A DNA stretch of 64,000 bases, taken from Candidatus Zhuqueibacterota bacterium. GTDB lineage: Bacteria; Electryoneota; RPQS01. A model generated the notes under the pieces. It did no database searches. It saw only the letters and a program-made list of their open reading frames with translations, and was not told the DNA's origin. Below are positions 29,899 to 39,400 of this stretch, piece by piece (positions within the stretch are counted from its first letter, which is position 1; the number at the start of each line of letters is the position of its first letter). A program made the position numbers and the translations under genes. The stretch is taken from contig JACRMR010000020.1 of the NCBI GenBank assembly GCA_016214895.1, positions 41,812 to 105,811 of the forward strand. Reading direction: 5' to 3'.

Positions 29899-31068
29899 CT
29901 ACGCCCCCGCCACCAGCATCGCCTTGCCGCTCGGACGCTGGCTCACGTCGTACTTCTCCGCTTCTTCGAGCAAGCGCGGAATCAGTTCGTCCTCTTTGAG
30001 CGTGGCGATGATCTTGCCGTCCTTCATCAGCATGCCTTTGCCCTTGCCGCCGACGACGGCGAGATCGGCCTCGCGCGCTTCGCCCGGACCGTTCACCACG
30101 CAACCCATCACCGCGATGTGCAGCGGCTTCTTCAGTCCCGAGATCGCCTGCTCCACGCGCATCGTCAAATCAATCAAGTCGATTTCACAACGTCCGCAGC
30201 TCGGACACGCCACCAGATTTGGCCCGCGCGTGCGGAGTCCCAGCGACTTCAGAATCTCCCACGCCACGCGCACTTCTTCTACCGGATCGGCGGTCAAAGA
30301 AACCCGCATCGTTTCGCCGATTCCGTTGGCGAGCAGATAGCCGATCCCCATCGCCGACTTGATGATTCCGGTTGAGGGCGGCCCCGCTTCGGTGACGCCG
30401 AGATGCAGCGGATAGTCGCACTGCTCGCGCATCAGCGAATACGCTTCGATCATGCGCGGCACGTTAGACGCCTTCAGCGAGAGCACGATGTCTGTGAAGC
30501 CTTCGTCCTCGAGAAAGCGAATATGCCCCAGGGCCGACTCCACCATCCCCTGCGGTGTCGGTCCGCCGTACTTGTCGATCAAATCCTTTTCCAGCGAACC
30601 GGAATTCACACCCACGCGCATCGGAATCCCCGCCTCCAGCGCCGCACGTGTCACGGCTTTCGCCCGCCCCTCTCCGCCGAGATTGCCCGGATTGATGCGA
30701 ATCTTATCGACACCCGCGTCAATCGCCTTCAGTGCCAGCTTGTAATGAAAATGAATATCCGCCACCAGCGGCACGTTCATTTCGCGCTTAATCAGCGGCA
30801 GCGCAGCGGCAGCCTCGTCATCGGGTACAGCCACGCGAATAATTTCACACCCGGCCTCCTCGAGGCGCCGGATTTCATTCAGTGTCGTCCGCACGTCGCG
30901 CGTGTCGGTCGTGCACATCGACTGAATCGCGACCGGATAATCGCCGCCGATGGTCACACTCCCGATGCGTACCTCACGAATACCTTTGCGGCGCGCCCCG
31001 ACGGCCGCTGCGCCTTCGTGCAATCCGGCACCATGGCCAACGATAACTGGTAAACTCAGGTCTTGCAA
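29899..31068 (-). CDS. ispG: 4-hydroxy-3-methylbut-2-en-1-yl diphosphate synthase
   Basis: C-terminal 4Fe-4S motif HIAVMGCVVNGPGEAREADLAVVGGKG; TIM-barrel N-domain conserved. Confidence 0.9.
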   Translation of the reverse strand: MQDLSLPVIVGHGAGLHEGAAAVGARRKGIREVRIGSVTIGGDYPVAIQSMCTTDTRDVRTTLNEIRRLEEAGCEIIRVAVPDDEAAAALPLIKREMNVPLVADIHFHYKLALKAIDAGVDKIRINPGNLGGEGRAKAVTRAALEAGIPMRVGVNSGSLEKDLIDKYGGPTPQGMVESALGHIRFLEDEGFTDIVLSLKASNVPRMIEAYSLMREQCDYPLHLGVTEAGPPSTGIIKSAMGIGYLLANGIGETMRVSLTADPVEEVRVAWEILKSLGLRTRGPNLVACPSCGRCEIDLIDLTMRVEQAISGLKKPLHIAVMGCVVNGPGEAREADLAVVGGKGKGMLMKDGKIIATLKEDELIPRLLEEAEKYDVSQRPSGKAMLVAGA

Positions 31069-31375
31069 GATGTTTGCGAGAGTTAATCCACAGCATTCCA
31101 GAACGGCAACTCTGGTTTAACTCGAAATATACTCAAAAGTTCAGGGAAAGTCAACCCTCTGTGAAGTAAATACTTATTGTTTATAATAAACTTAGCCATG
31201 CTATCGACCCATAATATGACAACCTCGGTCCAAATTAGGGGTCCAGACCGCGCAATTGACGCGAAATCCGTACCTCTTGGCGTCTGGAGCAGCTTCACTT
31301 CTCCTTGTGAATCTGAAGCACAGGTCGTATCTTTAGCGAATGATATGACAGATTCCGGGGAATGAAGGGATACCC

Positions 31376-31966
31376 ATGATCAACTGGATTTGGTTGGGCA
31401 TGATCGCCATCGCGGTGATCGTCGGGGGGGCATCGGGTCGGATTGAAGAGGTCTCGAAGGCCGCGTTCTCCTCGGCAAAAGTGGCGGTTGAGATCGCCAT
31501 CGGTCTGGTCGGGGTCATGGCCATGTGGCTCGGCGTCATGAAAGTCGCCGAGGAGGCTGGCATCGTCCGTTGGCTGGGTCGAGCCGTCCGCCCCGCCCTC
31601 TCGCGAGTGTTTCCCGAGATTCCGCGGGACCATCCGGCCTTGGGGTCCATGACGGCCAACATCGCCGCGAACATGCTGGGACTCGGCAACTCCGCCACTC
31701 CGCTGGGATTGAAGGCGATGCAGGACCTGCAGGAGCTGAATCAGGACAAGCCGACGGCCACCAACGCAATGGTGACGTTCATCGTGATCAACGCGACCTC
31801 CGTAACCGTCATTCCCGCGACGATCATCGCGCTCCGCAAGGACGCCGCCAATCCGACTTCGATTCTGCTCCCGAGTCTGATCGCGACCGCGGTCAGTACC
31901 GCCGTCGGGATCATCATTTCCAAGCTCATGCAGCGTTATTCCAAACCGGGGAACACCGCCTCATGA
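31376..31966 (+). CDS. spmA: Nucleoside-recognition-domain membrane protein SpmA
   Basis: MINWIWLGMIAIAVIVGGASGRIEEVSKAAFSSAKVAVEIAIGLVG is the canonical SpmA N-terminus. Confidence 0.75.
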   Translation: MINWIWLGMIAIAVIVGGASGRIEEVSKAAFSSAKVAVEIAIGLVGVMAMWLGVMKVAEEAGIVRWLGRAVRPALSRVFPEIPRDHPALGSMTANIAANMLGLGNSATPLGLKAMQDLQELNQDKPTATNAMVTFIVINATSVTVIPATIIALRKDAANPTSILLPSLIATAVSTAVGIIISKLMQRYSKPGNTAS

Positions 31967-32508
31967 GCGATGGGTTTGCGCTCTTCTCCGACGCCGTCGC
32001 GCGCTGGTCGATCCCGGTCATCTTGCTGCTGATTCTGGGTATTGGCGCGCTCAAACGCGTGCGCGTATATGAGTCTTTCGTCGGCGGCGCGAAGGAAGGC
32101 TTCAACGTCGCGCTCCGGATCATTCCCTATCTCGTAGCGATGCTCGTCGCGATTGGCATGTTCCGCGCGTCGGGCGCGCTTGAATTTATCACGTCGGGCC
32201 TCGCGCCGGTGCTGGCTCCGCTGGGCGTGCCGCCGGAAGTGCTGCCGATGATGCTGATCATGCCGCTCTCAGGCTCCGGCGCGCAAGGTGTGTTGGCCGA
32301 GGGCCTGAAGACTTATGGTCCCGACACGCTACTCGGCAACATGCTCTCGGTCCTGAACGGCTCGAACGAAACGACGTTCTACATCATCGCGGTTTATTTC
32401 GGCTCCGTCGCCATCCGCAACATTCGCCACGCACTTCCCGCGGCGCTCATCGGCAACATCGCCGGTTTTGCCGTCGCCGTTGCCCTCTGCAATCTACTGT
32501 TTGGATAA
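31963..32508 (+). CDS. spmB: Nucleoside-recognition-domain membrane protein SpmB
   Basis: Internal Met MSDGF... in the 31525..32508 frame with an ATGA overlap onto the spmA stop; SpmB-like TM pattern. Confidence 0.75.
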   Translation: MSDGFALFSDAVARWSIPVILLLILGIGALKRVRVYESFVGGAKEGFNVALRIIPYLVAMLVAIGMFRASGALEFITSGLAPVLAPLGVPPEVLPMMLIMPLSGSGAQGVLAEGLKTYGPDTLLGNMLSVLNGSNETTFYIIAVYFGSVAIRNIRHALPAALIGNIAGFAVAVALCNLLFG

Positions 32509-32529
32509 CCTCACCCGCCCTGAGTTCTC

Positions 32530-35103
32530 ATGCTGTCCTGTCATCGCCTGTTTGCACTTTGCGTCGTCGCGGCGCTGGTGGTGTCCGCGGCCGTCGCGGC
32601 TCCGCTAACCGTCAATCCCTGGCTGGTCACCGGCACGCTCTCGATTCCGCGACCGCTGTTTTCTGATACATTGTGGAGCACGAATTCACAATTGGATCAG
32701 CTGGATCCGAACTTCCGTGATCTCCTGCCAGAAGCGGGCGGTTCCTTCCCGTGGTCGCCGCTGGATCAGGCAACATGGGAGAAGCAGTCCAACGACACAC
32801 TCAAGTTCCGCATCGCGGCGGCGCAGCCCTACGCCGTGTTTGCGGCAAGTTATGTGACCACCACGCGCCGCCAGGAACTACCGTTGAAAGTGAGTTGTGG
32901 CAATCCCGTCGCGGTCTGGTTCGACGGCAAGCTCGTGGGAAAACAATCCACGGCCAAGGACAATCTCTACGAGGTCTCGGGCACCGTGGACGCGCACACG
33001 GGCAAGCATCTGCTGCTCGTGAAGTGCATCGGCGTGGCGAATATTTCGCCCGCATCTTGGACCCTGACCGCTTCGTTTACCGAGGATTCCACGCGCATCG
33101 GAACCGTTCAGTTCTCCGCGATCTCGCGCCGCGGCTTGCAGCACTGGACCGACTGGGGTTTGTTTCAGGAATTGGGCACGCCCGCGGTCTCGGCCGACGG
33201 CCGCTATGTCGCCGTCGTGCGATCGCAACGCGATGAAAAGTATAAGAAGTCCTCGTGGATCGAAGTTTACGATTCGCGCGCGGCCAAGCTTGTTGAAACG
33301 ATTCGCCCCGGCAGCGGCCTCAGCACCGGCTCAATCTGGTTCATGCCCGTCTCCCCCGCGCTTGTGTACGGACTGGGCGGCGACAACGGCACCACACTCT
33401 GGAAATTCGACTTGGTCTCGCGCACAACCACACCGCTGTTGCGCGACGCCAAGGAGATCGACCACGTGGTATGCTCTCCGGACGAACAGTACCTCTATTT
33501 CTTTCAGGACGACGAGGATCAGGACGAGGGGGCCTACAAACTCTATGACGAAGTCGAGGACCGCGTCTTTGACTATAATCGACTGCGGCACATCGTCGAG
33601 TACAGCATCGAAAGCAGAACTTCTCGTACGCTGAACGACGTCGGCACCTTCGCCATGAACGAATTTGAGTTGTCTCGCGAAGGCCGCAAGCTCGCGTTCA
33701 CACGATTGATTCCCCGTCCCGGTTATCCGTTCTACAACACCGAGCTGTGGGTTTACGATCTGCGCGAACGCGACGGACAGCTGATCACCTCGCTGCCGCT
33801 CACGGAGAGTATCCGCCACCTTTGCTGGCTCCCCGGCGGAACTCAACTGTACTACTGCTCCGCCGGCGATACCGCGAATCCCGCCGACACGGTCTATCAC
33901 AACGGCAATCAGGCTTGCTTGTTCTCCGTTGACTTGAAGACGAAGAAGATCTCGAACGTGAGCGCCAATCAAACGTTCAGCGTGGCTGAAGGCGGCGCGC
34001 GGTCTCGCATCTTGTGGAGCGAGCGGACCGGCAAGCTCTTCTTCACCGGGGACGATTTCGGCAAAGTCTCGCTGTTCCGCACAACGCCGGCGGCGGTACC
34101 GAAGTTTGAGTCGATCAGCCTCTCCCGCCTGGTCAATGACAATCCAGCGATCGCGAGCGACGGCTCGCTGCTCGCCTACACCGCGACCAGTCCGGCTAAG
34201 CCATTCGCGCTGTTCTGCTTTGATCCGGTCAGTGGCAAAGAGACCGAACTTGCGGACCCGAACCGTGAGTTGATCTCGCGTTCCGAGTTGGCGACATATG
34301 AAGACTACGCCTTCACCAACTCCGAACAGCAGTTCATTGACGGCTGGATCTTCTACCCGCCGCATTTCGACGCCAACCGGAAATATCCGCTGGTGGTCTA
34401 TTACTACGGCGGCGTGAGTCCGCGCGACCGCCGCTTTTCGTTTCAGTATCACTGGCTCGCGGCGAACGGCTACGTCGTTTACGTGTTGAACCCCGGCGGC
34501 TGTGTCGGCTACGGACAGGCGTTTGCGGACATTCATTGCAACGATTGGGGTACCCGCGCCACAGCGGACGTGATCGAAGGCACGAACAAGATTCTCCACG
34601 ACAAGAGCTTCCTCGATCCGAAGCGGATCGCCGCTTACGGCGGCAGCTACGGCGGCTTCATCACGCTTGACCTGGCCACCAAGACCGGCATGTTTACGGC
34701 ACTCTGCGACATGTACGGTATCAGCAATCTCGCGAACTACTGGGGATCGGGAACCTGGGGCTACTGGTACGGGAATCTCGCTCTGCCCGGTGCCTATCCG
34801 TGGAACCGGCGCGACGTCTATGTGGACAAATCGCCGATTTTTCACGCCGACAAGGTCACGAGTCCGCTTCTGATTCTGCACGGCGCGTCCGATCCGAACG
34901 TCCCGCCTGCTGAATCCGATCAGATGTTCGTGGCGTTGAAGTTGTTGGGCAAGGATGTCGTCTTGATCAAGTTCAAGGATGAAACGCACAACATCAATGT
35001 GAAGTTCGAGAATCTAATTGAGCACCGCGAGCTGATGCTCGAGTGGTTCGATAAGTACGCAAAGGGGGAACCCGAAGGCTGGAACTTGCGCAATAAGCAG
35101 TGA
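32530..35103 (+). CDS. S9 family serine peptidase (prolyl oligopeptidase/dipeptidyl peptidase-like) with an N-terminal beta-propeller region
   Basis: Signal peptide. C-terminal alpha/beta-hydrolase domain with GGSYGGF (GxSxG), LILHGASDPNVP (Asp), ETHNI (His). Confidence 0.75.
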   Translation: MLSCHRLFALCVVAALVVSAAVAAPLTVNPWLVTGTLSIPRPLFSDTLWSTNSQLDQLDPNFRDLLPEAGGSFPWSPLDQATWEKQSNDTLKFRIAAAQPYAVFAASYVTTTRRQELPLKVSCGNPVAVWFDGKLVGKQSTAKDNLYEVSGTVDAHTGKHLLLVKCIGVANISPASWTLTASFTEDSTRIGTVQFSAISRRGLQHWTDWGLFQELGTPAVSADGRYVAVVRSQRDEKYKKSSWIEVYDSRAAKLVETIRPGSGLSTGSIWFMPVSPALVYGLGGDNGTTLWKFDLVSRTTTPLLRDAKEIDHVVCSPDEQYLYFFQDDEDQDEGAYKLYDEVEDRVFDYNRLRHIVEYSIESRTSRTLNDVGTFAMNEFELSREGRKLAFTRLIPRPGYPFYNTELWVYDLRERDGQLITSLPLTESIRHLCWLPGGTQLYYCSAGDTANPADTVYHNGNQACLFSVDLKTKKISNVSANQTFSVAEGGARSRILWSERTGKLFFTGDDFGKVSLFRTTPAAVPKFESISLSRLVNDNPAIASDGSLLAYTATSPAKPFALFCFDPVSGKETELADPNRELISRSELATYEDYAFTNSEQQFIDGWIFYPPHFDANRKYPLVVYYYGGVSPRDRRFSFQYHWLAANGYVVYVLNPGGCVGYGQAFADIHCNDWGTRATADVIEGTNKILHDKSFLDPKRIAAYGGSYGGFITLDLATKTGMFTALCDMYGISNLANYWGSGTWGYWYGNLALPGAYPWNRRDVYVDKSPIFHADKVTSPLLILHGASDPNVPPAESDQMFVALKLLGKDVVLIKFKDETHNINVKFENLIEHRELMLEWFDKYAKGEPEGWNLRNKQ

Positions 35104-35110
35104 GCCGCGG

Positions 35111-35830
35111 ATGTTCACTCACACCGCGCATCTCTATGACCTGATCTACACGCGGATGAAGGACTACGCCGCCGAAGCGCACGCGGTGCATGAACTCATT
35201 CAGTCGAGCCTGCCCGGTGCGCGATCGCTGCTGGATATTGCCTGCGGAACTGGCGAGCACGCCAAATGGCTGCACGGGGAGCACGGTTATGAAGTGTTCG
35301 GCATTGATCTCGACTCGAACATGGTCGCGATCTCGCAAGCCAAGTGTCCTGAGTGCCGCTTTTTGACCGCGAACATGGTGGATTTCGAAGTTGCGGAGCG
35401 GTTTGACGCGGCCATCTGCCTGTTCGGTTCGATCGGATATCTGACGGACCTTGCCGATGTGGCTCAGGCATTCGAACGCGTTCGCTCGCACCTCAAGCCC
35501 GGCGGTGTGTTCCTGCTCGAACCGTTCCTCAGTCCGGAGCAATACCAGCCCGGCAGCGTATTCATGGAGGCCGTCGATCAGGAACAGGTCAAGCTGTGCC
35601 GCATGTCCGTTTCGTCCGTGCACGACCGCATTGGCGAGTTCCATTTCGAGTATCTTGTGGGGCGGCCCGCCGGAATCGTTCACCTGACCGAAACCCACAC
35701 CTTGCGCCTCTCCACAATCGCCGAGTTGCAATCGGCCCTCGAGCGGGCGGGGTTTCAGACCGCATACCGCGAACCGGGACTCCGGAACCGCGGGCGGGGC
35801 TTGTTCGTATGCGTTATGAAGGGTGCCTGA
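35111..35830 (+). CDS. Class I SAM-dependent methyltransferase
   Basis: Motif I LLDIACGTGEHA. Post-I acidic residue (GIDLDSNMV). LKPGGVFLLE. Confidence 0.75.
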   Translation: MFTHTAHLYDLIYTRMKDYAAEAHAVHELIQSSLPGARSLLDIACGTGEHAKWLHGEHGYEVFGIDLDSNMVAISQAKCPECRFLTANMVDFEVAERFDAAICLFGSIGYLTDLADVAQAFERVRSHLKPGGVFLLEPFLSPEQYQPGSVFMEAVDQEQVKLCRMSVSSVHDRIGEFHFEYLVGRPAGIVHLTETHTLRLSTIAELQSALERAGFQTAYREPGLRNRGRGLFVCVMKGA

Positions 35831-35856
35831 AACCGATCGTATTCCAACGGAGGATC

Positions 35857-36348
35857 ATGATGGACGAAAAGTCAACCTACATGAAGAGCTGGGAGCGTGA
35901 ACACGCGGTTACGCTGAACGTATTACGCCACTTCCCGGCCGACAAGCAGGATTTGAAACCTGCCGAGAAATGCAAGAGTGCCAAGGACCTGGCATTTGTC
36001 TTCGTTTCCGAGTATGAGATGCTGGGCAAGGCGATCATCGCCGGTGAATTGGACTTCTCCAAGAAGTTGCATCCCCCGGACTCGTTGAGCCAGATCATTA
36101 CTCAGATTGAGCAGATCAAGGAGCCGTTTCTCGCATCGATCAGTGCCATGTCGGATGCCGACTGGAACGGCACCATGATGTTCATGACCGGGCCGGGCAA
36201 GATGGTCCCGGTTCGTCGTGCTGAGTTGCTCTGGATGTTGCTGATGGACATGATTCATCACCGCGGTCAGTTCTCGATCTACAATCGCATCGCCGGCGGC
36301 AAGGTACCGTCCATCTACGGCCCGTCCGCCGACGAGCCCTGGATGTAG
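35857..36348 (+). CDS. DinB/YfiT-like metal-dependent hydrolase superfamily protein
   Basis: Internal Met MMDEK... Four-helix pattern with HHRGQ near the C-terminus, typical of the DinB_2 family. Confidence 0.55.
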   Translation: MMDEKSTYMKSWEREHAVTLNVLRHFPADKQDLKPAEKCKSAKDLAFVFVSEYEMLGKAIIAGELDFSKKLHPPDSLSQIITQIEQIKEPFLASISAMSDADWNGTMMFMTGPGKMVPVRRAELLWMLLMDMIHHRGQFSIYNRIAGGKVPSIYGPSADEPWM

Positions 36349-36416
36349 CCGCTTCCGCCGAGCCGGGTTAGGTCGGCGCAAGCCGGCCGGAATCTGAGAC
36401 CTATTGACAGATGAAG

Positions 36417-36448
36417 AAGAGGGCGACCCGACCGGGCCGCCCTCTTCG
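36417..36448. terminator. Bidirectional hairpin between convergent genes (10-bp stem gaagagggcg/cgccctcttc, 12-nt loop)
   Basis: Perfect inverted repeat in the 148-nt convergent intergenic region. Confidence 0.45.
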
Positions 36449-36496
36449 TATATCCGCCGCGCCGAGCGGTAAACTCGTCGCGGTGAATTGATTTGC

Positions 36497-39400
36497 TTAC
36501 TTCAACAACAGCAACTTCCCGGTCGCCGTGTACGAACCCGCGTTCATCCGGGCAATGTACATACCGCTGGGCAGATTGTCCGCCGTGAAGCTGACGTTGT
36601 AACGGCCGGGCTGATAGACATCATCAACCGGGCGCGCGACCTCCTGACCGTTCATGTTGTACAGCACGATCTGCACGCGGCTCGCGTTCGGGACATCGAA
36701 GCGGAAGGCCGTTGTCGCATTGAACGGGTTCGGGTAGTTGGCATGATACGCGAACTCCGTCGGCAGCGGCAGCGGCGGTTCCGGCCGATCCACCGACACG
36801 AACAGCGTGACCGGAATTGTGTACAGCAGGCCCGGAGCAGTGTGCGTGATGCGAATCGTCGCCTGATACTCCTGTCCCGGAGTCAGACCGGCGGCCAGCA
36901 TCCCGACCGTGATTTCGCGAGCTTGTCCCGGGTTGATAGTGCCGGTCGCCGGCGAGGCCGTCAACCAATTGGCATCGTCGCCGATCACATAATTCAGCGG
37001 ACACAGACCCGCCGGATTCGAGATCGTGAAAAACGCCGCCACATCGTGTCCCGGCCACGTCGTTTGCGAAATGGACGTGACATTGAACACCGCCTGCGGC
37101 GCGTTCATGACCGCATCCAACTCCGTAACCCCGCCGTCGGTGACAACGACATCAGGCGTAACGGTGTCGCACCAGCCCGGCTTGGAAAACACGACGGTCA
37201 CGGTACCGGGTTCGGCGCCCAGAGTATAGGAACCGTCCGCGGCGGTGTAGGCCGTATCGACCTGACTGTCCACGTACACGGCCACGCCTTCAACCGGAGT
37301 ATTTGCCGGAGCCCCGATGACAACGCCTGCGATTTCTCCGGCCGGACCGCCCCAGAACTGTACGGCAGTCTCATTTTGCGGTTCAAACGGCCCGCCCACG
37401 CCACCGAACCAGAGCTGGATGGCTTCCGTCCCGGTTTCGTTTTCGACGCCCACCGTCGCCTGATTGACATCGGCCATCGACTGATACACGAAGCGGATCC
37501 CGCCCCGGTCGTCGATCACGCACTCAAACGTGTAGTTCCCGTTGCCGTTGATATGCGGTACATCGAGCCATGCCGCGATGAACACACCATCAGCCGCATC
37601 GGATCGATACATCACAATTCCGCCCGTCGGAAGGAACAGATCGTCCCAGAACGGATACAGTACCGTGTTCGGCTCCTGCGCGTTCGGGATTTCGGTATTC
37701 ACGAACGACGCGCTGTTGCTGGTGAATGAAACAAAGCCGTTCGAGCAGATGTACACCGAGGTGTATTCCTGGCCGTAGTATTCGACCGTGAATCCGAGCG
37801 GGAACGGTCCGGAGGACTGATCGTCACCGGTCAATCCGGTGTTGGTTCCGTCCGTGGAGATATCGATCCACTCGTAGTCCACGACTTCCCACGGACTTTG
37901 CACCGCGCCGATGCGGCTCGCGCCGTCGCCGACGTTCGGCACTTCGTCGAAGCCGCGCACCGTCCACGTGTAGAATTCATCCGGCACCGGCGGCGTGTCA
38001 AGATACTGCGTCACGTTCGCCGCGACGCTGCCGATCTGGACGTCGTTCCGGTAGATGCGATATCCCGCGAGGTCCACCAACTGCGAACCATCCGCGTTGG
38101 TGGTCGGCGCCGTCCAACTCACCCGCATGACCGACTGGCCCTGCGGAGTGAGCTCGATGGTGGGAGGTGCGCCCGGCGCCATGTTGCAACGGGCATCCAC
38201 GACCGTATTGCTCGGAGCGGATTCCTCGTTATTGTCATAGTAGGCCGTTACGTAGTAGTCAAACGGCTGATTTTCCGGGCGCGGATCATCGTAGAATAGC
38301 ACAGCCGGGAGCGTCGTCCCGATCTGCCCGCCGTCGCGATACACCCGGTACTGCACCACATCGTCCAGCGTTCCGTGTCCGCCGCGTGAATCGATGCCGG
38401 CATCGCCACCGCGCACAAAGGGAACACGAACGTTGGTCGCCGTGGTCAGACGACTCGCCTGCCTCCAGGTATCGGAAACAGACTGCCGGGCACTGCAGGT
38501 AACCGGGAACCGCTCGAGGCTTGCCCCGGCCTTCGCCGTCAGCGCCCGCGTGCGCATCGCTTCGGCCTTGAAGTTCGTGGCCTTCGCGACCGCGACCGGA
38601 CCCCGATTGACGACCGGCGATTGCACGCCGACCGGACTGGGCATGAGTTCCTGCGCGACCCCGCCGATATCTCCGATCACGAAACAACGCTGCATCGGAA
38701 TGATAATCAGTCCGGGCTCATACGGGTTCCACAGCCCCGCGTCGGAAGCGTAGTAGAACGTGTTGTTGATAAACGGCGTGGCTTCGTCGCCGCCCACGCA
38801 GATCGCATTGGCCGCCATCTGCCGCATACCGATGAAGAAGGAGCCGCTCGTGACCGTGACCGGCGTGCTCAGTTCCCACTCTTGGAACACGTCGTACGGC
38901 GCGGCCTGATTCAAGTCCACGACTCCGAGCGGATCGCCGGTCGGCAACCCACCGCTCTCTTCAAACACGCCGATCTGAAGCGGATCTCCATCAGTCGCGA
39001 AACCGCTGATGTACGTCTTTAACCGAGTCACCGTGATCGGTCCGTTGCCCTGATAGTGCGCGACCAGCCAGCCGTAAGTGGGCTGGAAGCCCCACCAGCC
39101 GATACCGTCAACGGTGTTCGTTCCGTTGTCGTAGAACACTTCGACTTCCGGCGGCGAACCCGGGGCAAGCCACTGGAGATGAATGTGATCGTCGAAGTTT
39201 CCGTTAGCCGTCAGATTGACCGGCGGGATCGAACCGAACAGAATAGCATGGTCCAGCAGGGCCATGTCGGATTCCACCGGAGTCGATACGTTGATGTCCA
39301 CCGCGGACACCGCGTAGTTATAGACGTTGTCCTGCGTGAGCTGATCCGTCGCGTTGGACGGGACCACGGTAGCGACCAGCGTCCAAGTATCCTCGGTCTG

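Noticed and set aside
31069-31375. Low-GC 307-bp divergent intergenic region (ispG / spmA) screened for a small RNA (SRP/6S/RNase P-like) or tRNA
   Set aside because: Only a generic hairpin (gcttca...tgaagc) and a TATAAT hexamer were found. There are no SRP domain IV, tRNA T-loop or other diagnostic motifs, so this is most simply a shared promoter region.
31376-32508. SpmA/SpmB taken as evidence of endospore formation
   Set aside because: These nucleoside-recognition-domain membrane proteins are widespread in non-sporulating bacteria. No other sporulation genes are in the window.
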